Sequence record: SRR33789315_61
Direction: 5' to 3' (one strand)
DNA: 64,000 bases
This document shows positions 1 to 9,961 of this stretch, piece by piece (position 1 is the first letter of the stretch; every line of letters begins with the position of its first letter). A program made the translations under genes and the position numbers. The notes under the pieces were generated by a model. It did not search any database. It saw only the letters and a program-made list of their open reading frames with translations, and was not told the DNA's origin.

Positions 1-66
1 AGCCGATTTACTCTTCTTGGTTATTTTGGCCCTTCCATTTCTTACTAATTGTGAAATTGTTGGCAT
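1..66 (-). CDS. rpsL: 30S ribosomal protein S12, 5' part (runs off the window)
   Basis: Manual minus-strand translation from the ATG at 66 gives MPTISQLVRNGRAKITKKSKSA, the classic S12 N-terminus. It is not in the ORF track. Confidence 0.95.
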   Translation of the reverse strand, partial: MPTISQLVRNGRAKITKKSKSA

Positions 67-120
67 AATTTCTTTTACCTAATTTTATAATGTTATATAA
101 ACCCCCTTTTTAAGGGTGCG

Positions 121-151
121 CAAAGGTATAAATAATTTTGGGTTATTCAAA
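121..151 (-). promoter_or_regulatory. Bacteroidota primary-sigma promoter for the rpsL operon
   Basis: Minus strand reads TTTG (151-148), a 19-nt spacer, then TACCTTTG (128-121), matching the -33 TTTG / -7 TAnnTTTG consensus. Confidence 0.8.
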
Positions 152-246
152 CCTCAATTCATTAATTTTCAAAGACATTTGCAAATACTTTAGTTTCAAG
201 TACTTTTTTACCCCCTAAATCGTTATAATCAACCATAATTATACAA

Positions 247-1932
247 TTGAACAACCCCACGCTATTTCTACTCTTAACGTTAAGTTTAGCTCTTTATCAA
301 AATTGTATAGGGCAGAGCGTGCAGCTAAAAATAAAAGGGCAAAATGCACATCAGGATAGTATTATAAATAATTTAGGATATAAAAATGACCACTCCTCCA
401 CACAGGATATTAAAAAAACCCTCCTAGATTTAAATAATCAATTAGAAAAAATGGGGTTTTTAGATATACAAACCTCCCAATTTAATTCCCTTGGCGACTC
501 CTTATATATAGCAGAAATTAATATTGGTAAACTTCAGGAGAATATATTACTTATAACTTCACAAGAAGTATTGTATAATCAATTGCTAAAATTACACGTC
601 AACCGACATGAATCATCTTTTGAAATAAAACTAAATTCTCTAGATTCATTATTTAATAAGATTCTGGAGCTTGAAAATAGCATAGGACATCTTTTTTCTC
701 AAATTGAGTTAACTAATATTAAAAAGACCAACAACAAACTACAGGCAGAATTAATATTAACCCGCGAGAGAGATCGCAAGATTGATTCAATTGTTGTCAA
801 AGGCTACGAGAAGTTTCCAAAATCATACCTAAAGCGATTTGCACATATATATAAGGACAAGGTTTTTAATAAATCTGCGATTTTAGATGGCAATGAAAAA
901 ATTTCAACATTGCCTTTTGCGCAAACCATTAAAGACCCCGAAATTCTATTCAAAGAAGACACCACGGTTGTTTACTTGTATATTGGACAAAAAAGCGCAA
1001 ATAATTTTGACGGCCTATTAGGTTTTGGATCTGATCAAAATACAGGTAAATTAAAATTTAATGGATACTTAGATTTAAATTTATTGAACAACCTTAATTA
1101 TGGAGAGTCCTTAAGTATAAAATATAAAGGAGAGAGTCAAGATCAACAAAGCTTTAATGCAACACTTTCCCTACCCTATTTATTAAAGTCGCCCATTGGG
1201 ACCACTTTATCATTAAATTTATTTAGAAGAGATAGTATCTTCTCTTCTGTAGAGCAAAACCTAAACATACATTTCAATGTAAACAATACGATAAAAATCA
1301 AAGGAATAGCAAGTATTAAATCATCTACAACATTAGCTACCACAACTGAAACTATAGCATATTCAGATTATACAAAAAGCTTATTTGGCTTAGGCGTTGA
1401 ATTAAATCCTATTTATACAAAACAAACACTTAACAAGCCATGGCATTTTAACTTAGGCTTAATGCTAGGGTCTCGAAAAATTAGCAACAGTCGAAAAGAG
1501 CAATTCAAAATTGAAGCAGAAAGCGGGTATAACTTCCAAATAACACCAAAACAAGGATTCTATATCACCAACACCACACAATTCTTAGATTCTAAAGATT
1601 ATTTCACTAATGAGTTATTTCGCATTGGCGGCATTTCAACCATTCGCGGATATAAAGAGAACAGTATTTCGGCTAACTTTCAATCCACAACTCAAACCGA
1701 ATACAGATATAAACTAAGTCCAGCATTTCTCATACACACAATAACTGACTTTTCTTATTTTGAAAATAAGATTGATAACACCGAAGAAGTTCTTTCAAGT
1801 CTAGGGTTTGGAGCAGCATTAAATACCAATTCAGGATTAGTAAAATTATCTCTAGCTAGTGCTCTACAAAAAGACACACCATTTAAGCTAGGAGACACAA
1901 TATTGTATTTTCAAATAATTTCTAATTTTTAA
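247..1932 (+). CDS. BamA/TamA-like outer-membrane protein (POTRA-like region + beta-barrel)
   Basis: Signal peptide, FRIGG.STIRGY motif (VRGY-like loop) and C-terminal Phe. TTG start is uncertain. Confidence 0.7.
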   Translation: MNNPTLFLLLTLSLALYQNCIGQSVQLKIKGQNAHQDSIINNLGYKNDHSSTQDIKKTLLDLNNQLEKMGFLDIQTSQFNSLGDSLYIAEINIGKLQENILLITSQEVLYNQLLKLHVNRHESSFEIKLNSLDSLFNKILELENSIGHLFSQIELTNIKKTNNKLQAELILTRERDRKIDSIVVKGYEKFPKSYLKRFAHIYKDKVFNKSAILDGNEKISTLPFAQTIKDPEILFKEDTTVVYLYIGQKSANNFDGLLGFGSDQNTGKLKFNGYLDLNLLNNLNYGESLSIKYKGESQDQQSFNATLSLPYLLKSPIGTTLSLNLFRRDSIFSSVEQNLNIHFNVNNTIKIKGIASIKSSTTLATTTETIAYSDYTKSLFGLGVELNPIYTKQTLNKPWHFNLGLMLGSRKISNSRKEQFKIEAESGYNFQITPKQGFYITNTTQFLDSKDYFTNELFRIGGISTIRGYKENSISANFQSTTQTEYRYKLSPAFLIHTITDFSYFENKIDNTEEVLSSLGFGAALNTNSGLVKLSLASALQKDTPFKLGDTILYFQIISNF

Positions 1933-2328
1933 AAAAATCTCCCAAAAGGCATTAAGTAACATTATGTGAGCTTAGTTTTATAAATAATAACCTCTTAAAA
2001 TCGTTATTCTTTTAAATAATAAACTTTAGCAGTAATAATAATTTACACACCTCTTTCAAAATTAAGGTATATAGCAAATTTGCTTTAATGGTAAAAAAAC
2101 CTTCAAACTAGACCTAAAAATATCAATTATTCACATTTTATCACGAAAATCAATCAATATACTGAAGAATAACATTGCGTAATTTCAGCATAATTGAAGA
2201 TTTCACTGAATAATATCCAATTCGATAACGTTTTCTTAACTTCTTGTTGATTTTTTATCAATATTTCTTTGGAATATTAACTTTTAATATAGATTTTTGG
2301 CTTGGCTAATTCAAATAAATTAAGAAAC

Positions 2329-5300
2329 ATGAAAACAAAGTTTAGTTTAATACTAACGCTATTTTTTGCGTTGGTAGTGCAAGTAGTACTTGCACAAACA
2401 AAAACAATTTCAGGTACTGTGACCGATGAAAATGGAGGTCCTTTACCGGGAGTTAACATTGTCGTCGAAGGAACCTCAACAGGTACACAGACTGACTTTG
2501 ATGGGATTTATTCTATAAGCGCAAGTGCAGGAGATGTACTTTCTTATAGTTATATAGGATTTACTCCACAAAAAATAACAGTAGGTACTGCTAGCGTTAT
2601 AGACGTTAAATTATCGGCTGGGGAGACCTTAGATGAAGTGATTGTTACGGCTCAAGGTATTAAGAGAGAAAAGAAAGCTCTTGGATATGCTATAAGTGAG
2701 GTTCAATCAGAAGACATCGAGCAAAGACCTGAATCAGACATTGCTAGAATTCTTTCTGGTAAAGCATCAGGTGTGGACATTACTTCACAAAATGGTACTT
2801 CTGGATCTGCAACAAATGTAATAATTCGTGGTTACACCTCTATTAATGGTAGTAACCAAGCTTTATTTGTGGTAGATGGTGTTCCTTTTAATAGTGATAC
2901 TAACCCTTCAGGAAGTTTTACAGAAGGGAATTCTGGATCAAGTCGTTTTCTAGACATAGATCCTAACAACATCGAAAGCATGACCGTTCTTAAAGGACTT
3001 GCTGCTGCTACCCTTTATGGTAGTGATGGTAGAAACGGTGTGATTTTAATTACAACCAAAGCTAATAGTGGTAGTTTCAGTGCTAAGAAAACAGAAATCA
3101 CTGTTAATCAATCTTATTTCTATAATGAAATTGCTTCTATCCCTGATTATCAACAACAATATGGTGGTGGTTTTAATCAATCATTTGGATGGTTTTTCAG
3201 TAACTGGGGACCTTCTTTTAATCCAGATGGCGTTGATGGATATTTAAATGACGGTATTGTTGATGCAGAGGGTACTGTAGCTCACCCATACTCAACAAGT
3301 GCTTATTTAAGAAACTATCTTGGTGGTAATAATGAACTGTATCAAAGTTATCAAGGTGTACGCTATGACTACAAACCTTATAGTAGTGTAGAAGACTTTT
3401 TCGAAGTTGGTGGTATAAGTAATACTTCTGTTAATATACGTGGTAATTCTTCTGATGGTAATTTGTCATACAATTTAAATTATGGACATGCAGACGAAAA
3501 AGGTTTTACACCTGGAAACAGTTTGAATAGAAACACTTTATCTGTAGGTGGTAGAGCTAAGCTTAGCAATAAATTTACAGTAAGTGGTACTTTAAATTAT
3601 GCCAGAACTGATTATGCTACACCTCCAGTTGCGGCTGGTGATGGAAACGCAAACTATGGTCTGTCTGTTTTTGGTCAAATTTGGTTTACCCCTATAAATG
3701 TTGACTTGATGGGATTACCTTATGAAATACCAGAAAATGGTGGAAGTATTTACTATCGTAATGGTAATGATATTGTTAACCCTAGATGGATTATTGCAAA
3801 TGCTCAAAATAGTCAGTTGACTAATAGAGTATATGGATATGGATCACTTACTTACGAAGTAAATGATAACTTAAGTGCAACTTATCGTGGTGGACTGGAT
3901 TTCTATAATGAAAGAAACGTATCCTATTCAAATAAAAACGGTGTAAATAGTGATGCTGATATATATGGTTATTACAATACATGGGATAATAATTCTACAA
4001 CTTGGAACCATTATGCGGCTCTTACTGGTAATTTTAATATAACTAATGACGAAAAATTGAATTTAAGTTTTGTTGTTGGTGGTACTACAGTTGCAGAAAT
4101 ATATGACCGTCAAGGTGTTGCTAGTAGTGGTCAAATTGTATTTGGTGTACAACGCCATTTTAATTTTGAAAACCAATCAGCAATACAGACTAGTCAAGAA
4201 AGAAATACAATTGGTTTATTTGGTGATGTATCATTTGAATATGACAATTATCTTTACTTATCACTTTCAGGAAGAAACGATTGGGTTTCTAACTTAACAA
4301 GCGAAAATAATAGTCAATTCTATCCTAGTGTTAGTGCTTCATTCATACCAACTTCTGCAATTGATGGTTTTGGTAGCGGTGATAGTTGGGGTATAAACTA
4401 TTTAAAACTTAGAGCAGGTTTAGGTTCATCTGCAGGATTCCCTTCAGGATATCCTACAGTTAATACGATCTCTCAGTCTACAAAAGTAGGTGGTGGTGCT
4501 CTTGGTGGTTCAGGAGGAGTTGTCACAAACTCTGTAAGTGATTTTCTTGCAAATCCAGACCTTAAACCAGAGCTTATAAGTGAAATAGAAGTTGGTTTTG
4601 ATGTTAGACTATTAAAAAACAAAGTTGATTTAAGTCTATCTTATTATGACAGAACTACTAAAGATCTAATTGTATACAAACCACTTTCTCCTTCTACTGG
4701 TTATACTCAAACACAAGATAACATTGGTAAAGTTGAAGGAACTGGTTGGGAAGTTGACCTGGGTGTAGATATCTTTAAAAGTAATGAACCAAGCGGTTTT
4801 AGCTGGACGCCAAGACTTAATTTCACTACGAATGAGCAAATAGTAACAGAGCAAGATGACGATCAAATTGTTTATGCTGGATTTTCAAATCTTGGGAATG
4901 CTGCTATAGAAGGGGAACAATTAGGTGTTCTTATAGGTAGTAGGGTTAGAAGAGATGACAACGGTAACATGGTAGTTGGCGCAGACGGTTTTTACATATC
5001 TGAAGAAGAAATTGCTATAGATGCTAATGGAAATGAAGTTGCAATTGGTACACCTGGATCTAGAACAATTTCTCCAATTATTGGGAACCCTAATCCAGAC
5101 TACACCATGAACTTCATCAACACAATATCATGGAAAAATTTCACTTTCAATTTTCAAGTAAGCCATACAAAAGGAGGAGATATGTATTCTCAAACCATAG
5201 CAACATTGTTAGGTCGTGGTTTAATTAATCCTGATAGACGTGAAACATTTATCCTACCTGGTGTTTTAGAAGATGGTACTCCAAACCCAATCCAGATTGA

Positions 5301-5616
5301 TAACTCTTCTTTCTATTTTGATAACGTATTATTTGGCCCTAGTGAGCTAAATATTTATGACGCTTCTGTAATACGATTAAAAGAAGTTTCATTAGGCTAT
5401 AATGTTCCAAGAAAATGGTTAGACAAAACTCCTTTCGGAAGCATTTCTATAAATGCATCAGGGTTTAACCTTTGGTACGATGCATACAATACACCAGACA
5501 GAGCAAATTTTGATCCAAACGTTGCTGGAGTAGGTGTTGGTAATGGTCGAGGATTTGACTGGTTAAACGGTCCTAGCGCAAAACGCTATGGAATAAGCGT
5601 AAAAGCTTCATTTTAA
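2329..5616 (+). CDS. SusC/RagA TonB-dependent outer-membrane receptor
   Basis: N-terminal TISGTVTDENG..LPGVNI domain, LDEVIVTA TonB box, plug motif IESMTVLKGLAAATLYGS.GRNGVILITTK, C-terminal F. Start moved to the ATG at 2329. Confidence 0.95.
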   Translation: MKTKFSLILTLFFALVVQVVLAQTKTISGTVTDENGGPLPGVNIVVEGTSTGTQTDFDGIYSISASAGDVLSYSYIGFTPQKITVGTASVIDVKLSAGETLDEVIVTAQGIKREKKALGYAISEVQSEDIEQRPESDIARILSGKASGVDITSQNGTSGSATNVIIRGYTSINGSNQALFVVDGVPFNSDTNPSGSFTEGNSGSSRFLDIDPNNIESMTVLKGLAAATLYGSDGRNGVILITTKANSGSFSAKKTEITVNQSYFYNEIASIPDYQQQYGGGFNQSFGWFFSNWGPSFNPDGVDGYLNDGIVDAEGTVAHPYSTSAYLRNYLGGNNELYQSYQGVRYDYKPYSSVEDFFEVGGISNTSVNIRGNSSDGNLSYNLNYGHADEKGFTPGNSLNRNTLSVGGRAKLSNKFTVSGTLNYARTDYATPPVAAGDGNANYGLSVFGQIWFTPINVDLMGLPYEIPENGGSIYYRNGNDIVNPRWIIANAQNSQLTNRVYGYGSLTYEVNDNLSATYRGGLDFYNERNVSYSNKNGVNSDADIYGYYNTWDNNSTTWNHYAALTGNFNITNDEKLNLSFVVGGTTVAEIYDRQGVASSGQIVFGVQRHFNFENQSAIQTSQERNTIGLFGDVSFEYDNYLYLSLSGRNDWVSNLTSENNSQFYPSVSASFIPTSAIDGFGSGDSWGINYLKLRAGLGSSAGFPSGYPTVNTISQSTKVGGGALGGSGGVVTNSVSDFLANPDLKPELISEIEVGFDVRLLKNKVDLSLSYYDRTTKDLIVYKPLSPSTGYTQTQDNIGKVEGTGWEVDLGVDIFKSNEPSGFSWTPRLNFTTNEQIVTEQDDDQIVYAGFSNLGNAAIEGEQLGVLIGSRVRRDDNGNMVVGADGFYISEEEIAIDANGNEVAIGTPGSRTISPIIGNPNPDYTMNFINTISWKNFTFNFQVSHTKGGDMYSQTIATLLGRGLINPDRRETFILPGVLEDGTPNPIQIDNSSFYFDNVLFGPSELNIYDASVIRLKEVSLGYNVPRKWLDKTPFGSISINASGFNLWYDAYNTPDRANFDPNVAGVGVGNGRGFDWLNGPSAKRYGISVKASF

Positions 5617-5680
5617 CAGTTAAATAGACGCAACTAAAGATTTTAATTTGCATCTTAATAAAAAAATCAATTTTCTTATT

Positions 5681-7462
5681 ATGAAAAAACACAGTAAAAA
5701 ATTAATTATAATTTTTCTTTCCGTCTTTACATTCATTGGATGTGAGACTACGGAATTGGAAAAATTAGTAAGTCCTAACGCATTAGGACCTGATCAAGCA
5801 GACCCTACCCTTCTGTTTAATAACATCCAGTTGAATTACAGAAATGCTGTAACTTCTTTTAATAATTTGGGTGGTACTCTTTCCAGAATTGAATATATGT
5901 CTGGACGTACTTATTACGGCAATTTCCCTGGTAGTACGTTAAATGGCCCTTGGGGGAATTTATACAGTAGTATGATTCCTGATATTTCAACCATAGAAGC
6001 CCTAAATACAGATGGTTCTTACGATTTTCTTTTAGGAGCGTCTAAAGCGATGGAAGCTCACGTAATGATGCTGTTAGTAGATTATGTTGGAGATATTGTT
6101 AATTCTGAAGCCAATAATGCTGCAGAATTTCCAAGCCCTATGTTAGATGACGACGAGGCTGTATATCAAGCCGCATTAGTCCTTCTAGATGAAGCTAGCG
6201 CCTTGGTAGAAGGAGCTGCTGTAGGAGAAGCACTTGATCTGTATTATGATGGCTCAACAGATAAGTGGATTAAATTCATTAATACCTTAAAAATGAGAGC
6301 TGCTTTAACTGTTGGAGATTATCAAGCAGTGGTAGATGCCACTAATGTAATTGAAACAGCTGAAGATAACTTTGCATTTGAATATGGAACCAATGCACTT
6401 GAACCAGACACAAGACATCCAGACTATGCTAACGACTATAGCGCATCTGGTGCAAATAGTTATCGTTCAAATTGGTTAATGAATCTAATGGTTAGTACTT
6501 ATGGTGATTATTCTGGAGGTAGTGACCCAAGAAGAAGATACTATTTCTACAGACAAATTGAGCTTACCCCAGGAAGTTATACTTTGATGTATTACGAAGG
6601 GAACGATAGTTTTTATGTATATCCAGAAGTTTTTGGAGAATCAAGTGTAAACGCAGAAACTTTAGCTTGTTCTTCACAAGATGCTCCTAATAATCTTCAA
6701 TTCACTGAGGAAGAAGAGTACTGGTGTTCTATGAGATTAGGGTATTGGGGTAGAGTACATGGTAATGCTGAAGGTATTCCACCAGATGGTTTCCAGAGAA
6801 CTGCAAGTGGTGTATACCCAGCAGGTGGTCGCTTTGACGATAATTTAGATTGGGTTGTTTTAAATCCTGATCAATCAGAACTTACTCTTTATAATGCTGG
6901 AGTTGGTTTAGGATTAGGAGCTGGTGGTGCTGGTGTAGAGCCTATCATTCTATCTTCTTATGTAGAATTTTGGAGAGCAGAAGCTTATTACTACCTTTCA
7001 AATTACGATATGGCTACAGAACATTTTACCGCAGGTGTTACAGAATCTATAAATTATGTCACTACTTTTGGATCTAGAGATGGCAGTGCTGATCTTTCAC
7101 TAGCACCAGATTCTGATGAAATCCAAGATTTTATTGATAACGCGACTGAGGATTTTATGGATGCAAGTACTTCTACAGCACTAGATGCATTTGGATGGCC
7201 AGTTGCTAAAGAAAAAATGGATATATTGGGAGAACAATTTTTTGTAGCAATGTATGGTGGAGCTGCTGATGCTTATAACTTTATTCGCAGAACAGGTTAC
7301 CCAAGAACTTTAGCAAGAAATATAGATCCTAATCCTGGACTATTTCCAAGAACGCTTTTACTTCCATCTAATGAGGTAGGTTCTAACCCCAACGTCGACC
7401 AAAGAGTTGATAATAATACTAAAGTATTTTGGGACTCAGGAGTTATTAACCCTGCAAACTAA
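5681..7462 (+). CDS. SusD/RagB outer-membrane lipoprotein
   Basis: Lipobox FIGC, immediately after susC, C-terminal AYNFIRRTGYP and KVFWD motifs typical of SusD-like proteins. Confidence 0.92.
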   Translation: MKKHSKKLIIIFLSVFTFIGCETTELEKLVSPNALGPDQADPTLLFNNIQLNYRNAVTSFNNLGGTLSRIEYMSGRTYYGNFPGSTLNGPWGNLYSSMIPDISTIEALNTDGSYDFLLGASKAMEAHVMMLLVDYVGDIVNSEANNAAEFPSPMLDDDEAVYQAALVLLDEASALVEGAAVGEALDLYYDGSTDKWIKFINTLKMRAALTVGDYQAVVDATNVIETAEDNFAFEYGTNALEPDTRHPDYANDYSASGANSYRSNWLMNLMVSTYGDYSGGSDPRRRYYFYRQIELTPGSYTLMYYEGNDSFYVYPEVFGESSVNAETLACSSQDAPNNLQFTEEEEYWCSMRLGYWGRVHGNAEGIPPDGFQRTASGVYPAGGRFDDNLDWVVLNPDQSELTLYNAGVGLGLGAGGAGVEPIILSSYVEFWRAEAYYYLSNYDMATEHFTAGVTESINYVTTFGSRDGSADLSLAPDSDEIQDFIDNATEDFMDASTSTALDAFGWPVAKEKMDILGEQFFVAMYGGAADAYNFIRRTGYPRTLARNIDPNPGLFPRTLLLPSNEVGSNPNVDQRVDNNTKVFWDSGVINPAN

Positions 7463-7467
7463 AAAAA

Positions 7468-8388
7468 ATGAAAATGAAAAATATATTTAAAAATTTAGCG
7501 GTACTACTAGTACTTTTGGTCACATTTTCGTGTGATAAAGATCCCGACAATTCTATATATAATGTTCTGGATTATGAAAAAGGAGCTGTTTTGAGAACTA
7601 TTTCTGTTGAAAATGCTCTCCTTAATGCAAATGTTCCTAGTTCTGCTTTTATTGTTAATGTAGAGGAACAGGATGAAGAGGATGGTGCTTTAATGGAAAG
7701 TGTTGATATTTATGTAACCATTAGAGATTTAACTTCTGAAAATGGAACTACTCCACCATCAGAAGCTCTTATTAAGACAATACCAGCAAGTGAATTCACA
7801 ATGGGTCCTGTTGGGTTGCCAAGAGCAACTTTATCAGCTACTTTTGGTGAAGCTGTTGCTGCAATGGGTCTTTCTACAGACGATTATATGGCTGGAGATG
7901 TATTTATAATGGAATTAAGATTGAATCTTACAGACGGTAGAACATTTGGTGCAGCAAGTAGCTCATCTATACTTACGGGTGTATTCTTTAATGCTCCTTT
8001 CAGTTATAATGCACTTATATCTTGTTCTCCAAAACCAGGTGATTACTTAGTAAAAATGTATGATTCTTATGGTGATGGATGGCAAACAGATAATGGTAAT
8101 GGTGGTAGTGGTCTTACTATTGAAGTTGATGGAGCCATTATTCAAGTAGGTATGTGCTCGCCTTACTTAGAAAGCGATTTTGATTGTATAACAGGTGATT
8201 ATTATAGTGCAGAAGATACTGTCACAATTCCTGAAGGAGCTGAGAGTGCTTCTTGGACTTTCCCTGGAGATCAGTATGGCGAAATAAGATTTGAAATATA
8301 TGGTCCAGATGGTAATCTAGTTTTTGATTCTGGAGATTTCGGTGAGACAGGAGCAGGATTACTTCCTATTGTTGTTTGTGCTGACTAA
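7468..8388 (+). CDS. SusC/D-associated surface lipoprotein of unknown function
   Basis: Lipobox TFSC followed by acidic DKDPD, C-terminal domain with YDSYGDGW motif; 5 nt after the susD stop. Confidence 0.75.
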   Translation: MKMKNIFKNLAVLLVLLVTFSCDKDPDNSIYNVLDYEKGAVLRTISVENALLNANVPSSAFIVNVEEQDEEDGALMESVDIYVTIRDLTSENGTTPPSEALIKTIPASEFTMGPVGLPRATLSATFGEAVAAMGLSTDDYMAGDVFIMELRLNLTDGRTFGAASSSSILTGVFFNAPFSYNALISCSPKPGDYLVKMYDSYGDGWQTDNGNGGSGLTIEVDGAIIQVGMCSPYLESDFDCITGDYYSAEDTVTIPEGAESASWTFPGDQYGEIRFEIYGPDGNLVFDSGDFGETGAGLLPIVVCAD

Positions 8389-8408
8389 ATTCAAATTAAA
8401 CTAAAACA

Positions 8409-8438
8409 AAAAAAGCCATCCTTTGGGATGGCTTTTTT
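8409..8438 (+). terminator. Rho-independent terminator after the SusC/D operon
   Basis: AAAAAAGCCATCC-TTTG-GGATGGCTTTTTT perfect stem with U tract. Confidence 0.9.
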
Positions 8439-8453
8439 ATTTAATTTTATTCT

Positions 8454-9188
8454 ATGGAAGAAAACCTTCAAATTTTTGGAACAAGAGCGATTATCGAAGC
8501 CATAAAAGCAGATAAGCCTATCAATAAAGTATATCTACAAAAAGGTCTAAAAAACCCGTTAAGCTATCAATTAGAGCAATTGCTCAAAGAGAATAAGATT
8601 TCTGTATCCTATGTGCCGTTGGAGAAACTTAATAAACTCTCCCAAAAAAATCATCAAGGCGCGATTGCTCACATCTCTCCTATTGCTTTTCAAGATTTTG
8701 AAACCATAGTAGATACAATTCTAGCGGCAAAAGAGAATCCCTTATTTTTATTACTTGACCAAGTCTCAGATGTACGTAATTTTGGAGCAATCATTCGTAC
8801 TGCAGAGTGTGCAGGAGTTGATGCTATAATTCTATCAAAAACAGGCGCGGCCCCAATTAATGCAGATACCATAAAGACTTCTGCTGGTGCAGCTTATACA
8901 CTTCCATTATGTAAAGTTGAACATCTTAAGGATGCGCTATTCTATCTTTCTGCTTCTAATGTACAAAGTGTAGCAGCAACAGAAAAATCTGATAAAAATA
9001 TCTATGAGCTAGACCTAAAATTGCCTACCGCATTAATAATGGGTAGTGAAGGTCGTGGGATATCAAAAAGCATCTTGAATATGGTTAATGAAAAGGCAAA
9101 ACTACCTATAATGGGTAAAATAGAATCTTTAAACGTTTCTGTTGCCTGTGGTGCTTTTCTTTATGAAATCGTACGACAGCGCCTATAA
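8454..9188 (+). CDS. rlmB: 23S rRNA (G2251-2'-O)-methyltransferase
   Basis: SPOUT motifs DVRNFGAIIRTA, IMGSEGRG, ESLNVSVA; N-terminal HQG motif. Confidence 0.92.
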   Translation: MEENLQIFGTRAIIEAIKADKPINKVYLQKGLKNPLSYQLEQLLKENKISVSYVPLEKLNKLSQKNHQGAIAHISPIAFQDFETIVDTILAAKENPLFLLLDQVSDVRNFGAIIRTAECAGVDAIILSKTGAAPINADTIKTSAGAAYTLPLCKVEHLKDALFYLSASNVQSVAATEKSDKNIYELDLKLPTALIMGSEGRGISKSILNMVNEKAKLPIMGKIESLNVSVACGAFLYEIVRQRL

Positions 9189-9191
9189 AGC

Positions 9192-9896
9192 TTATTCTAG
9201 AGGTTTTTCTAGATCTTCATCGAGTTCAATCTCAATGAAATTGCCATTGGCATCAAAATGTCTCATAAAATCATCCTCTTCAGCTACATAATCCTTTTTT
9301 TCCCAAGCATATTTACTTGTTTTTGGAACACCTCTTTTTATTAAAATAGAAAGAATAAAGCCTACTAGAAATCCTGATAAATGTCCTTCCCAGCTTATTT
9401 TTGGATCTAAAGGCACAATTCCCCAGACTAAGCTTCCGTATAAAAAAACAACTAATAGAGACAAGGCACTTAATCTATAATTCTTAGAAAAAACACCTTT
9501 AAAAAATAAAAATGCTACTAGCGCATAAATCAGTCCACTCGCACCTATGTGATAGGCTGGGCGCCCTACCAGCCAAGTCCCAAAACCGCTGAACAAATAC
9601 AATATAAAAAAAACTTTAAGGGCTATATACCTATAAAAATAAAGTAAGGCTCCAAACAAAACCAGTAATGGTATACTATTACTAAAAAGGTGTTTTAGAT
9701 CTGCATGTATAAATGGTGAAAAAAGAATACCCTTTAATCCAGAAATAGTACGCGGAAAAACGCCGAATTGATTAAAGTTAAACCCAAAACGAAATTCAGC
9801 CCAGAAAACAATCCACATCAACAATACGGTAAGTAATGGATATACCACTACTCTACCCGAATATTTAAAAGCCGAATTGTTTGCATCTGTAATCAT
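9192..9896 (-). CDS. Rhomboid family intramembrane serine protease
   Basis: HLFSN, IGASG catalytic Ser motif, SWEGHLSG catalytic His, multiple TM segments. Confidence 0.92.
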   Translation of the reverse strand: MITDANNSAFKYSGRVVVYPLLTVLLMWIVFWAEFRFGFNFNQFGVFPRTISGLKGILFSPFIHADLKHLFSNSIPLLVLFGALLYFYRYIALKVFFILYLFSGFGTWLVGRPAYHIGASGLIYALVAFLFFKGVFSKNYRLSALSLLVVFLYGSLVWGIVPLDPKISWEGHLSGFLVGFILSILIKRGVPKTSKYAWEKKDYVAEEDDFMRHFDANGNFIEIELDEDLEKPLE

Positions 9897-9961
9897 AATT
9901 GTGTTTCATCAATTCTTTAACCAAAACAGAAAAATAGCTAAATTGTCATATAAACTATCCT

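Noticed and set aside
2223-2236. LacI-like operator CGATAACGTTTTCT upstream of susC
   Set aside because: Imperfect palindrome, single copy, and no LacI gene nearby; too weak to call.
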